A stretch of 64,000 bases of DNA from positions 29,467-93,466 of the IMG/VR virus record IMGVR_UViG_3300032320_002229; one strand, written 5' to 3'. Of the stretch, positions 37,357-46,649 are shown piece after piece. The first letter of the stretch is position 1. Each line of letters starts with the position of its first letter. The DNA comes from a virus. Lineage: Duplodnaviria; Caudoviricetes. The notes under the pieces were generated by a model that did not search any database, had not been told where the DNA came from, and saw only the letters and a program-made list of their open reading frames with translations. The position numbers and the translations under genes are program-made.

Positions 37357-37971
37357 ATGGCTAAAAAGTATTGCTGGTATTGTGATAAAAATCTAGACAC
37401 TTCTTTATACCATAGGTCTAAAAGTAGTTCAGATGGTTTTCAAGGTATGTGTAAAGACTGTCATAAATCATATAGGAAAAACTGGTTGTCTAAAAATAAA
37501 ATACAATATGAGAAAAAATGCAAAGAGTGGGCAACAAAAAATAAACAGAAAAAATATTTAACTCAAAAAGAATGGAGAACCAATAATAGAGAATATTTTC
37601 GTGAGCATCAAAGAAAATACAAGGCATTGAAGAGAAAAAATGATCCTATTTTTAGGATAACGGGAAATTTAAGAGTTAGGTTAAGAAAGACAGTTAAAGG
37701 TATAAATAAAAGTAAAAAAACAATGGAATTATTAGGATGTAGTATAGAGGAATTTAAAGAGCATATTAAGAAAAAATTTAAAAAGGGAATGACTTGGAAT
37801 AATTATGGTAAATGGGAACTGGATCATATCAAACCTTGTTGTAGTTTTAATTTAATAGATTTAGAGCAACAGAAAATCTGTTTTCATTATACTAATATTC
37901 AACCTTTGTGGAAAAAAGAACATAGAGAAAAGACTACGAATGATACTAGAAAATATCTTTACGATTTCTAG
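37357..37971 (+). CDS. HNH-type homing endonuclease, opposite strand
   Basis: N-terminal CWYC..CKDC; LLGCS.EE...GMTWNNYGKWELDHIKP...CFHYTNIQPLW. Confidence 0.85.
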   Translation: MAKKYCWYCDKNLDTSLYHRSKSSSDGFQGMCKDCHKSYRKNWLSKNKIQYEKKCKEWATKNKQKKYLTQKEWRTNNREYFREHQRKYKALKRKNDPIFRITGNLRVRLRKTVKGINKSKKTMELLGCSIEEFKEHIKKKFKKGMTWNNYGKWELDHIKPCCSFNLIDLEQQKICFHYTNIQPLWKKEHREKTTNDTRKYLYDF

Positions 37972-38296
37972 ACATAATCAAATAGTTAACGGCTTTAATT
38001 ATAGAGCTTAAATCATCTCCTAATTTACCTAAACCAGTATTACATCTAGTGCAAAGCCATCCTCTAAAAGTATCATCACTATGGTCATGGTCTAATGCCC
38101 ATTGGAAAGGAATCTTACCACAACATTCGCAAACTTCTGGTCTTGGTGGAGCTTTTTTATGTAACTTAACTCGTATCTTAGAATGTTTTTTAACACATTT
38201 GCGACATCTGCTATCAAGATTATCTTTATACATACTGTGCTTGGGAAAACTTGCTAGGTTTTTACGTTTCAAACAGTATGAACAAACTTTACGCAT
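37946..38296 (-). CDS. Endonuclease VII-like protein
   Basis: CECC...LDHDH...FRGWLCTRCNTGLGKLGD. Confidence 0.85.
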   Translation of the reverse strand: MRKVCSYCLKRKNLASFPKHSMYKDNLDSRCRKCVKKHSKIRVKLHKKAPPRPEVCECCGKIPFQWALDHDHSDDTFRGWLCTRCNTGLGKLGDDLSSIIKAVNYLIMSRNRKDIF

Positions 38297-38835
38297 TATT
38301 CTAATATACTTCTAAAAACAATTGAATATCTAGTTTCTTTAACAGGAAATATTGAATGGCTCCACTCCCACCTAATACTATCTTTCATTTGAAGGATATC
38401 TTTTGGATGCATTATAATTTCAAAATTATCTTTTGGATTTTTTGTGTTTTGAAACAACATTGTTGCTGTTGAATTAACACTTAGTATTGTTACTATTGGG
38501 CCGCTTACTTTTCTATCTATATGAGGAGCAATAAAATCTCCAATTAAATACTCATTAATATTTATAGAATCTGGTTTGTATCGTAATATTTTACTAGAAA
38601 CTAATTGTTCTGCTATTTTATCAATATTTTTAGGGAATTTGTATTCATAGTAATTATTGTCACAGATTGAGCGATCTCCATATCTTATTACGCGATTTCT
38701 ATCCACATATCTTTTAGAAACCTTTGATATTGATTCAGAAAGTTCTTGTTTTATTTCTTCTATTAAAGAACTGTGATCATCATCTGAAATAAAATTTTTG
38801 TATATATATAAACCAAGATTATTGTAGTCTGTCAT
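38296..38835 (-). CDS. AlkB-like 2OG-Fe(II) dioxygenase
   Basis: ININEY..G..IAPHID, W.HSI, RYSIVFR. Confidence 0.85.
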   Translation of the reverse strand: MTDYNNLGLYIYKNFISDDDHSSLIEEIKQELSESISKVSKRYVDRNRVIRYGDRSICDNNYYEYKFPKNIDKIAEQLVSSKILRYKPDSININEYLIGDFIAPHIDRKVSGPIVTILSVNSTATMLFQNTKNPKDNFEIIMHPKDILQMKDSIRWEWSHSIFPVKETRYSIVFRSILE

Positions 38836-38851
38836 ACACTTCCTTTTTAAG

Positions 38852-39201
38852 TGGACTAGGCGAGAGTCGAACTCGCGTCCAGAATAAACATCAATATAAA
38901 CTTCTACATCGTTAGTTGATTGTTATCACACTACCAACAAAGCTATCAGAATTATCTGCGTCAGATTGAGTACAATCATCATTCCCATTTATGTCTGGCA
39001 GGACTACCATATCCGAATATCGGAGTCAGCATGATTTGGTAATAAGGCTCATGCCGCCCCACTCAGTACCTAATTGATTAGGCAGCGAGAGCGAGAGTTA
39101 CTTCGCCAATTAACAATTTTAATCGACTTTTAAACTGGCCGGTCGATTAACCAGTCGATGCAATCTATACCTATTTTACCTGTCGATACCTTTACTAGCC
39201 C
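38852..39201 (-). ncRNA. ssrA: tmRNA
   Basis: 5' GGGCTAGTAAAGGTATCGAC, 3' GCGAGTTCGACTCTCGCCTAGTCCA; G3:U70 pair; tag ORF GGC GAA GTA ACT CTC GCT CTC GCT GCC TAA = GEVTLALAA. Confidence 0.92.
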
Positions 39202-39210
39202 GTGATTTAT

Positions 39211-39450
39211 TTACACCATTCTTTCTTGTTTCATTTTCTTAAGAATTTGTTCCATCAACTCTTTTAATTCTTCATCATCTATCTGAGGTTTTGGTATTTC
39301 TGGTTCCAGAAACAAACCTTTAGCTGGCCCAGCCTCCATTTTTTTGATTTGATAATTTAGTCTTTCGATACTTTGAAACTGCAATAAGTTAAATCCTAAA
39401 GAGATTAGAAATAGTCCTAAAAAAAATAGTGTTAGTGGTTGTAGTTTCAT
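39211..39450 (-). CDS. Small membrane-anchored protein
   Basis: N-terminal transmembrane segment. Confidence 0.55.
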   Translation of the reverse strand: MKLQPLTLFFLGLFLISLGFNLLQFQSIERLNYQIKKMEAGPAKGLFLEPEIPKPQIDDEELKELMEQILKKMKQERMV

Positions 39451-39458
39451 TTTTAAAA

Positions 39459-39534
39459 TAGGGCGAGTTGGAGTCGAACCAACCTATGAACACCTTATAA
39501 GAGTGTCGGATGCAACCGGCTTACCTTCCGCCCC
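39459..39534 (-). tRNA. tRNA-Ile(UAU)
   Basis: GGGGCGG/TCGCCCT-A acceptor; ACACT-CTTATAA-GGTGT anticodon arm; GTTGG-TTCGACT-CCAAC T arm; atypical A8 and D arm. Confidence 0.8.
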
Positions 39535-39547
39535 GTGTTGTTTTCTT

Positions 39548-39576
39548 ATTGTACTCTATCGACCAACCACTGTCAA
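39548..39576 (-). promoter_or_regulatory. Sigma70-type promoter for tRNA-Ile
   Basis: TTGACA-GTGGTTGGTCGATAGAG-TACAAT. Confidence 0.75.
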
Positions 39577-39738
39577 GACCTTTAGGAATTTTGTTGTGAC
39601 TCTAGTTCAATTAGTCTTTGATTAATTTTATCTAAGGATAACGCAGCATCTCCACAAGCTTTACACAAATCAGAATAGAGATATTCCTTCAAGTCATGTA
39701 ATTGGTCTTTTAGTTGTTGTATTTCTTCTTTTGACATA

Positions 39739-40089
39739 TTATTTAATAGTGTTGAATGTTTCGTTAGATTCTGGATGCCAAAAAATCATTTCATTAGATT
39801 CGTCATTCCAAGCACACTCTATAATTCCAGAAGATGCTACTAAACTTAGGCTTGAATTATAAATCCACTTTTTGATTTCGTCACAAAGAAGATCGTAGTT
39901 GTCATCGCTAAGAATAAATTCGTCATTATATCCTGGTTCAATATATTTCCTAACCAAATTTTCTGTTTGAGACAAAGAAATCAAATTATCTACCTGATAG
40001 TAGTATTCTCTAGGAAAAACCAATACCACGTTTTTTCTAATGCTTTTAGTAAAAAGCTTGAGATTCCTAATCTTAATATAATTAGTCAT
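39739..40089 (-). CDS. Hypothetical protein (tandem paralog)
   Basis: GIIECAWNDESNEMIFW. Confidence 0.6.
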   Translation of the reverse strand: MTNYIKIRNLKLFTKSIRKNVVLVFPREYYYQVDNLISLSQTENLVRKYIEPGYNDEFILSDDNYDLLCDEIKKWIYNSSLSLVASSGIIECAWNDESNEMIFWHPESNETFNTIK

Positions 40090-40453
40090 CGTTATCCTTT
40101 GAGGGTTTGGCGGGGATTTCTGTCTTATCTTTATTGGCTAACCAGAATACCATTTCGTTAGATTCGTCATCCCATGCACAATCTACAAAACCCTTTGCTG
40201 CTAATTTGCAAAGACCAACCTCATAAAGTTGATTTCTAATACTCTCAAATATCTCATTAAATATATCTTCGTTTATAAGGTAATTTCCTTCCTCGTCTAG
40301 CCCAAGATTATTCTTTTTGACCATATTGATTACTTGAGGAATGGTAACGAATTCATCCAAGTCCTCTGTATAGTTTTCTTCAAAAGAAGATGCTGCTCCA
40401 TTCCTCATGGCTTTTGCATAACCTTCCAAATCAATAATGCTATAGCTTTCCAT
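40082..40453 (-). CDS. Hypothetical protein (tandem paralog)
   Basis: GFVDCAWDDESNEMVFW; start moved to MESY. Confidence 0.6.
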   Translation of the reverse strand: MESYSIIDLEGYAKAMRNGAASSFEENYTEDLDEFVTIPQVINMVKKNNLGLDEEGNYLINEDIFNEIFESIRNQLYEVGLCKLAAKGFVDCAWDDESNEMVFWLANKDKTEIPAKPSKDNDD

Positions 40454-40466
40454 TATTTGTTCCCAA

Positions 40467-40748
40467 TTAAAGATATTTTGTAGTACCCTTGCCGTCACTA
40501 TCAATTTTACACCGCTCCAGCAGATTGTCAATAGTGTTCTGCAAACTATATTCGCCTCTACTTAGCCACTTTCTATCCTCATAAAGAGCAGTGGTAATTT
40601 GAGGTAGATAGAATTGAATGGCTCGTTCAAACTCTTCTGGAAAATAAGTTTTTAAAACACGCTCAATATGATAAAGACTATCTACTATCTTATCTCTATT
40701 ATCAAGCAGACTATTGATCTGATCTTTTTGTTCTTGAGTAAGAGACAT
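40467..40748 (-). CDS. Hypothetical protein
   Basis: GGAGG RBS; operon packing. Confidence 0.55.
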   Translation of the reverse strand: MSLTQEQKDQINSLLDNRDKIVDSLYHIERVLKTYFPEEFERAIQFYLPQITTALYEDRKWLSRGEYSLQNTIDNLLERCKIDSDGKGTTKYL

Positions 40749-41152
40749 TACGCCTCCACCTTTTGTTTGAGTTTCATAAGTTTGTGCTTAATTTTCCAAA
40801 CGTGGGTTTCTTTGTTCTGGATATCTGGCCCCATATAAATATGACAGAAGCCTTGGTGCTTGTCCAGACCCCACGCTTTAATTCCATGCTGGTCGATACT
40901 GTCTACAACAAAACGACCCCTATAGCCCATAGGAATGAAGTCCCCACCCCTTGCAAAATATGGGCCTCCAGCAACTCTGATACGGTCGCCTTTGATCAAT
41001 TCCTTCCAGTTAAAATCTCTGATAATCTTAGTGTTCTTTGCTTCTTTACTCTTTGCTTTAAAAACAAAGGGAGTATTGCATTTAGGACACATATAAGCTC
41101 GCGGGCCTGTAGTAGCTCCGCACTTATCGCAAGACTTTTGACCTTTTCCCAT
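40748..41152 (-). CDS. Zn-ribbon protein
   Basis: MGKGQKSCDKCG..TGPRAYMCPKC; ACAGGAG RBS and promoter upstream. Confidence 0.65.
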   Translation of the reverse strand: MGKGQKSCDKCGATTGPRAYMCPKCNTPFVFKAKSKEAKNTKIIRDFNWKELIKGDRIRVAGGPYFARGGDFIPMGYRGRFVVDSIDQHGIKAWGLDKHQGFCHIYMGPDIQNKETHVWKIKHKLMKLKQKVEA

Positions 41153-41187
41153 TTTCCATCTCCTGTGTTGATTGACGTTATGCTCTA

Positions 41188-41215
41188 AGTATACATCAGT
41201 TATCGGCACTGTCAA
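41188..41215 (-). promoter_or_regulatory. Sigma70-type promoter with CGAT spacer motif
   Basis: TTGACA-GTGCCGATAACTGATG-TATACT. Confidence 0.7.
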
Positions 41216-41252
41216 GAGGGATTCTTTAGCGGTTCTGAGATTTTTCAAAAAT

Positions 41253-41939
41253 CTACAGAATATCCACATAATTTATTTTAATGTGACCATCTTTAATGGA
41301 AACATATGAACAAGGATGATCTGTCCAACACCCACTATTATAGTAGTTTGTTGATTCAGAAACATCACTGGTTGCTAAATGAGTATGTCCACAAATAATT
41401 GTGTCACATTTTTTGATAGCACAATATAATTTAGCTCTTTCACAAACTTCCTGAGAACTTCTTAAAAATGTTTTACTGCTACGTTTAGCGAGATTGGAGT
41501 AGTATAGTCCAGCATAAATCTGTAACCACCGATAAATATAGTCGGCTATTTTAGTTAGTCTAGGATATTTAGAAATGACATTATCAAAAACATCTCCATG
41601 CAAAATTAGTATTTTTTCATCCCCACTAATAAAACTGTACTCATTCATAAAATCAACACCGATTAAATGACTGACCATATCGGCAGGCCCGTCATGATTA
41701 CCACTAATCCAGATAACCTTAATAATATCAGATATTTTACGGATTTGAGATAGTATTTTCCAGTGGTCTTTTTTTAGTTTACGAAAATCCCAACTATCAA
41801 ACAAGTCGCCGTTAATAATCAAAGTGTCAGTATCAGTCTCTCCAAGTTCAATCCTAGACAGAAAAGATGCTAGAGTTTTAGCCTGACAAACATTACTTCC
41901 TAAATGAATATCACTAATAACTATAGCATCAAAAGTCAT
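41253..41939 (-). CDS. LpxH-like metallophosphoesterase (UDP-2,3-diacylglucosamine hydrolase family)
   Basis: ISDIHLG, NGDLFD, GNHD, LHGD.FD, CGHTH, YYNSGCW. Confidence 0.85.
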   Translation of the reverse strand: MTFDAIVISDIHLGSNVCQAKTLASFLSRIELGETDTDTLIINGDLFDSWDFRKLKKDHWKILSQIRKISDIIKVIWISGNHDGPADMVSHLIGVDFMNEYSFISGDEKILILHGDVFDNVISKYPRLTKIADYIYRWLQIYAGLYYSNLAKRSSKTFLRSSQEVCERAKLYCAIKKCDTIICGHTHLATSDVSESTNYYNSGCWTDHPCSYVSIKDGHIKINYVDIL

Positions 41940-42343
41940 ACTATATATCCTTCTTTCTTAGCCTCATCGTCACAAAGAGTTTTAATCCATGCCATAACTG
42001 GCTCTCCCTCATCGTCTGTTCTTTGTTTGCGAAGTTTTCCTCTTTGCCCAGTAACTTCACAAGTTATATAGCTCATGCTTTCTGCCATATCTATTGCTCC
42101 TTTGATAAAATCATCAGAACCATAGCAATATGCTCGTAATCCGCCAAACTTTTCCTTGATCTGACTCCAGTAAAAGAATTCTAGAGGCTCATTAAGCCTT
42201 TTCTTGTAATCAAGACGGCTATCTACAATATAGCAAAGTTTTGACAGAATATCAAACCAACCATCACCACACTCTATCCATGTAAGATTTTTAAACTGTT
42301 CAGGATATGCTGAGATTAGTTTAGTTGTTAGTTCAGGACTCAT
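41936..42343 (-). CDS. Conserved phage protein
   Basis: ECGDGW...QIKEKFGGLR.Y...S..TCEVTG..G...WIKTLC. Confidence 0.7.
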   Translation of the reverse strand: MSPELTTKLISAYPEQFKNLTWIECGDGWFDILSKLCYIVDSRLDYKKRLNEPLEFFYWSQIKEKFGGLRAYCYGSDDFIKGAIDMAESMSYITCEVTGQRGKLRKQRTDDEGEPVMAWIKTLCDDEAKKEGYIV

Positions 42344-42605
42344 TGTAATCCACCTTGTGTATAATTTTTGTTCCAAGATGAGCATTACTCAATTCACCGC
42401 TATCATTCATAGAATCATTACAAAGCTTTTCAAATTCTTTGCGGCCAATCTTTCGACCGTCAATAATATTTTCGTCTAGAAACTTTTGGGTTAGGGCTTC
42501 TGGATGGTCAATAAGTACGGTATCATAAGCGTGTTCAAGATTTTTGGCCTCAATAACATACTTATGACGAAACAAAGAAACTGTACTAACTTCAAAAAGT
42601 GGCAT
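42333..42605 (-). CDS. Hypothetical protein
   Basis: AAGGAG RBS; TVSLFRHKYVIEA. Confidence 0.55.
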   Translation of the reverse strand: MPLFEVSTVSLFRHKYVIEAKNLEHAYDTVLIDHPEALTQKFLDENIIDGRKIGRKEFEKLCNDSMNDSGELSNAHLGTKIIHKVDYNES

Positions 42606-42615
42606 GATAATCTCC

Positions 42616-42837
42616 TTAGTCTATGTTGATATTATACTGAGTAACTAATCTGTGAAATTCTGTTCTTATCTTATCTAAAGCATCTCCAGCGTCATTAAAA
42701 TCATTACTATATTTTTGCCAAGATCGTAATTGTTGAGAAAAATCCCATAACATTCTTTTAGCATTACCAGCTTGAATAGCAGTATCAAACTCGTATTGTT
42801 CTTCTGGTAGTTTAAATTTTAAAGTCGCTACTGGCAT
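42616..42837 (-). CDS. Conserved small phage protein
   Basis: ATLKFKLPEEQYEF...LRSWQKY. Confidence 0.6.
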   Translation of the reverse strand: MPVATLKFKLPEEQYEFDTAIQAGNAKRMLWDFSQQLRSWQKYSNDFNDAGDALDKIRTEFHRLVTQYNINID

Positions 42838-42840
42838 AAA

Positions 42841-43089
42841 TCACCTTTTCTTTTTAAGATCATCTGGCTTTTTATCTGGATCTGGAATAATTGTCAAAAC
42901 ATCTTTTCTAAAGGTTGTCATATAGCTTTGAGCAATCTTTCTCTTTAACAATCCATCTTCTTCAGTTTGAGTATAAACATTAATCCTAAAATAGTCATGA
43001 AATACATTGATAACCTTTGTCATCAAATGATTCTTTGGTTTACTAACTTGCTTAAAAAGCAAACTCTCAATTTCATAATCGCTAATCAT
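42841..43089 (-). CDS. Hypothetical protein
   Basis: ACAGGAG RBS; INVF...FRINVY. Confidence 0.55.
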   Translation of the reverse strand: MISDYEIESLLFKQVSKPKNHLMTKVINVFHDYFRINVYTQTEEDGLLKRKIAQSYMTTFRKDVLTIIPDPDKKPDDLKKKR

Positions 43090-43113
43090 CTAGCTCTCCT
43101 GTTTCCGTTTAAA

Positions 43114-43332
43114 TTATCTAGCACGTCTATTCGCTCTATCTAAAATCCTAATGGTTTCTTTAGCATTGCTTGGAACCATAACTAAACTTGGTGCTGTTTT
43201 ATGTCCCCAGTCCATAAATCCAACAGCCTTTTGTTCTGCACTACATTCTTTGCAGACAATATTGCGATTAGTCTCAGTCAAAAATTCGTATCTTTCGACT
43301 CCAACACAATTTTTGCAGTAAATACAGTTCAT
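43114..43332 (-). CDS. DksA/TraR-like C4 Zn-finger small protein
   Basis: CIYC...ERYEFL.....CKEC; promoter and GGAG RBS upstream. Confidence 0.55.
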   Translation of the reverse strand: MNCIYCKNCVGVERYEFLTETNRNIVCKECSAEQKAVGFMDWGHKTAPSLVMVPSNAKETIRILDRANRRAR

Positions 43333-43367
43333 CTTGTCTCCAAAAAGAGTTAGCTGGCAATGCTCTG

Positions 43368-43395
43368 TTTATACCACAAGTATCGTCGTTGTCAA
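43368..43395 (-). promoter_or_regulatory. Sigma70-type promoter with CGAT spacer motif
   Basis: TTGACA-ACGACGATACTTGTGG-TATAAA. Confidence 0.65.
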
Positions 43396-43553
43396 CGGCA
43401 TACTTGAGAAACTACGGACTCAAACATATTACTTAAATAGTCCAATAATTCTATCTATAATACTTGGAAATCTAAATTCTTGATTATTGATACTATAGAT
43501 ATTCTCGACTTTGGTTTTCTTAAGCTTTTTTGGAGTTGGCTTTTTATTAATTT

Positions 43554-44063
43554 TCATTCTATGCTCCTAAGTAATTCAATCTTAATGGTTTTGGTAGGAC
43601 AAACAAAGTTTCCGCTATCATCGCTATGATAGATATTAGTTAATCCAACAGCATTTAATAGTTTAGAACAATTAACGCAAGGTTTGCTGCCAAGAATCAA
43701 TCCCTGTCTGTTAATTCGTAAGACACATACGCTCCAATTAGGATCAATGGAGTTATAGCGATCAAGTAGTTTAGAAATAAGATGAGATTCACTATGAACA
43801 TAAGGATACTCCAAGTATTTGGGGATGTTAAATCTTTTTCCTATTCTGAAAGCTTTTGTACTCATCTTAATAGGATTATTTTGAGCAAATTCAATCATTC
43901 TCGTTCCATCAAAAGCCGCCGCGTAATGATAACAACGAATTAACGAATTAGGATTCCAATTATCATAGGCTTTCTTGATAGTTTTATGAATTATCTTCAC
44001 GATTAATTTTGTCCAATTTTTTGTTTGTCTCGTCCAAGTCTGACTGAACATATACGTCATCAT
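43554..44063 (-). CDS. Zn-dependent cytidine-deaminase-fold protein (true start probably near 44000)
   Basis: VHSE...SKPCVNC motif. Confidence 0.75.
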   Translation of the reverse strand: MMTYMFSQTWTRQTKNWTKLIVKIIHKTIKKAYDNWNPNSLIRCYHYAAAFDGTRMIEFAQNNPIKMSTKAFRIGKRFNIPKYLEYPYVHSESHLISKLLDRYNSIDPNWSVCVLRINRQGLILGSKPCVNCSKLLNAVGLTNIYHSDDSGNFVCPTKTIKIELLRSIE

Positions 44064-44178
44064 TATCTTGACCAGAAATATCCCACTCTGGCTTATCTAG
44101 CGGAGGTAGTCTATATTTGTGAGGTTCTTTTGGTGTTGGAGTTTCTGGACTAAGTTTAATTCTCTGTGGTTCTTTCAT
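43984..44178 (-). CDS. Hypothetical protein
   Basis: AGGAG RBS. Confidence 0.45.
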   Translation of the reverse strand: MKEPQRIKLSPETPTPKEPHKYRLPPLDKPEWDISGQDNDDVYVQSDLDETNKKLDKINREDNS

Positions 44179-44519
44179 GATATTGCTCCTATCTTCCAGA
44201 ATTAGATGATATTGCTAATAAATAAGCACCAATATTAGCCCAGCTATATCCAATATACATAATACAAAGAGGGTAATTACCCTTCATTCCTTGTTCAAAA
44301 GCAACATAAGAATAAATACATCCTGTTACTATTATAAGCCATGCACTCATTTTTATCCATTCTTCTCTATTGGAATATAGCGAGAGCCATCAGCGGCAAT
44401 CTGCTCCTGACCAATAGTAATCTTCTTATCTTCTTTTAGCAAGCTAATAATTGCTTGAGTATTAACATTGGGGCTAATTGAAATTGCACCGATTTGAGCC
44501 ATAGTTATCTCCTTATATT

Positions 44520-45431
44520 TTAAGAAACACAGTTTAGTAAAGAATCATATTTTGCAAGAGCTAAGTCTTTTGCTTTTAATTCTAGATCAATATCGAACTC
44601 AAGACCATAATTGTCAAAAGTATTTTCTGGATAATCAGCGTGCGCCCGTGGATTATTACCTTCTCTGCTTTCACTGTAATGAAAAAGAGGTCTGGTTTGC
44701 CAAGTATCCCAGCACATATTAATTGCTTCACGTTCTGTAAGACCATTTGGGTGGCATTTGTGATGCAAATAGTCGAAACAGATTGGAATACGAGTTATTG
44801 GATGGAAAATATCTACTAATTCTTTGACGCTCCAGCAGTTAAGTTTGTCATCGTTTTCGATTGTAACGCGAGCCTGACAATTATCATCCAGTTTTTTAAA
44901 GTTGTTATAGAATCTGTGAGCAATTTCTTCTCTGCTTCCATTATTATTATGAACATGAAAATTCATAGGTGATCGTCTGTCTGCTGGCAGTCCTATTCTG
45001 TCAAAGAAACTACTGTAGAAATTGAGTTCTGCAATTGTTTTTTCGACAACTTTTTCGTTGAGGCTTGACAAACTATTAAATTCACTAGGATGAGCAGAAA
45101 CCCGTACATTAGTAGAGGATATACTTTGCTCAATATTATCAAACTCGTCTTGAATAGCATCATGGTTAGGCAAATCTTCAAGACTTACATTAGCCTCATC
45201 GTAAGTAATAAGAGGAAAAATGTCGCTACTAACACGATAAACATAATTATTTTCTGCACAAAATTGAATTGTTTTATTTGTAACCATCAGATTATTCTGG
45301 ATTCTATCTCCAAGAATTTCTAAAGCTTCTTCTCGCGGCAAAGAATTGAATCGTTTAAAAGTCATGGTCTGATGACCAAAACCTTGCTCCTTGAGAGTAA
45401 GCGAAATACAACAGAGTCCCAACCTATTCAT
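44520..45431 (-). CDS. uvsE: UV damage endonuclease UvsE/UVDE
   Basis: LGLCC, YRVSSDIFP, SAHP, IENDDK, FDYLHH, HYSES, RAHAD, ELKAKD. Confidence 0.93.
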   Translation of the reverse strand: MNRLGLCCISLTLKEQGFGHQTMTFKRFNSLPREEALEILGDRIQNNLMVTNKTIQFCAENNYVYRVSSDIFPLITYDEANVSLEDLPNHDAIQDEFDNIEQSISSTNVRVSAHPSEFNSLSSLNEKVVEKTIAELNFYSSFFDRIGLPADRRSPMNFHVHNNNGSREEIAHRFYNNFKKLDDNCQARVTIENDDKLNCWSVKELVDIFHPITRIPICFDYLHHKCHPNGLTEREAINMCWDTWQTRPLFHYSESREGNNPRAHADYPENTFDNYGLEFDIDLELKAKDLALAKYDSLLNCVS

Positions 45432-45450
45432 AAATTTCTCCTGTGGCTGG

Positions 45451-45479
45451 ATTATATCGTGTTATCGGCCTGTTGTCAA
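45451..45479 (-). promoter_or_regulatory. Sigma70-type promoter with CGAT spacer motif
   Basis: TTGACA-ACAGGCCGATAACACGA-TATAAT. Confidence 0.8.
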
Positions 45480-45504
45480 CAGACACTTGAGAATTATTCG
45501 TAAT

Positions 45505-45708
45505 TCAGACGATATTACCTTCGTCATCAACAACAGAATATATTTTTAGGATTTTTAGTTCTGGCTCAAAATGCTTATGAAAATTTTCTATTGCGGTTTC
45601 TCTTGAGGTTGTCATAAAAGCACGATGAAGAATAAGTGTTTGTCCACCATTTCTTTGTTGTAACTGTCCTGTTACCACAAATTCTTTAACCATTTCTTTT
45701 CTCCTCAA
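45505..45708 (-). CDS. Hypothetical protein
   Basis: GAGGAG RBS before MVKEF. Confidence 0.45.
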   Translation of the reverse strand: MRRKEMVKEFVVTGQLQQRNGGQTLILHRAFMTTSRETAIENFHKHFEPELKILKIYSVVDDEGNIV

Positions 45709-45777
45709 AAATAAAGTAAAATACTATCCAGTAATACAAAATACAAACAGCAGAATATACTAAAAGAAAATCACTCA

Positions 45778-46413
45778 TTAAGACCATCCTAGTGCTTCTG
45801 ATACTGTGGGGAATTGTTCTGAAAAAACTTTCTTTGTTTCTTCTGCAATAAGTCTGTGTTCTTTTTGAGTACCATTAGAGGATCGTAATTCGATATAATG
45901 AATCCAGCTACGAATTGAACCACTAACATAAAGTCGGGTAGGAGTTGCTAATGGTAGAACAAATCTAGCACACTCTTTAGCTATTCCATCAGCAACCATG
46001 CCATCATAAATAGCTTTAGCTTTAGCAAAATGTTCACGAATTTTAGTATTCCATTTTACTTTAGTCTCATCAGATATATCATCAATACTATTTTGTCTAT
46101 TCTTATTGTCTTGCCTTCTTAGTTCAAACATTGGAATATCTTCTGCTAGTAATGTAGCATCAGCATATCTTTGTGAAAACTCTTGAAAAGTGAATGATCT
46201 ATGTCTGAGAATTTGAGCAGCTAGTCCTCTTGTGGTATTGATTTCAACCGTCATGAAAGCTTGTTCAAATATACTCCAGTGTTGATTCTTGATACAGTAA
46301 GCTAGGAGCTTTGAGTAATTGTCGTTGTCTTGATTATTGGGATTGCTTACTCTGGCACAATATGCCATTAGTTTTTCTGCGTCCGGAGTTACACTAATTA
46401 GTTTTACACTCAT
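45778..46413 (-). CDS. thyX: Flavin-dependent thymidylate synthase ThyX
   Basis: HWSIFE, QILRHRSFTFQEFSQRY, AKECARFVLP, TQKEHR. Confidence 0.95.
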   Translation of the reverse strand: MSVKLISVTPDAEKLMAYCARVSNPNNQDNDNYSKLLAYCIKNQHWSIFEQAFMTVEINTTRGLAAQILRHRSFTFQEFSQRYADATLLAEDIPMFELRRQDNKNRQNSIDDISDETKVKWNTKIREHFAKAKAIYDGMVADGIAKECARFVLPLATPTRLYVSGSIRSWIHYIELRSSNGTQKEHRLIAEETKKVFSEQFPTVSEALGWS

Positions 46414-46649
46414 ATTTGATCCTCTGTATATAGTATTTCAAATTCTTCTAGTGGACATACTTCCATATCCCAATTACCTTTTCTTAATCCAAATCCCAAA
46501 ATAATTCCACTTTTTTCCCAATTTTTAGCATAATCTTCGCAAGATATTCTTTTAATAGGTTGTCCGTAAGTATTAACGCTTCCATCGAAAACTTCTGTCC
46601 CTACATCAAACCATTCATCTCTTTTTGATATAAGCTTAACGTATTTCAT
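46410..46649 (-). CDS. Hypothetical protein
   Basis: Overlaps the thyX start. Confidence 0.5.
   Translation of the reverse strand: MKYVKLISKRDEWFDVGTEVFDGSVNTYGQPIKRISCEDYAKNWEKSGIILGFGLRKGNWDMEVCPLEEFEILYTEDQI

Noticed and set aside
20610-46413. Inteins or introns in ruvB, ligase or thyX
   Set aside because: Protein lengths and motif spacing are normal, with no insertions seen.
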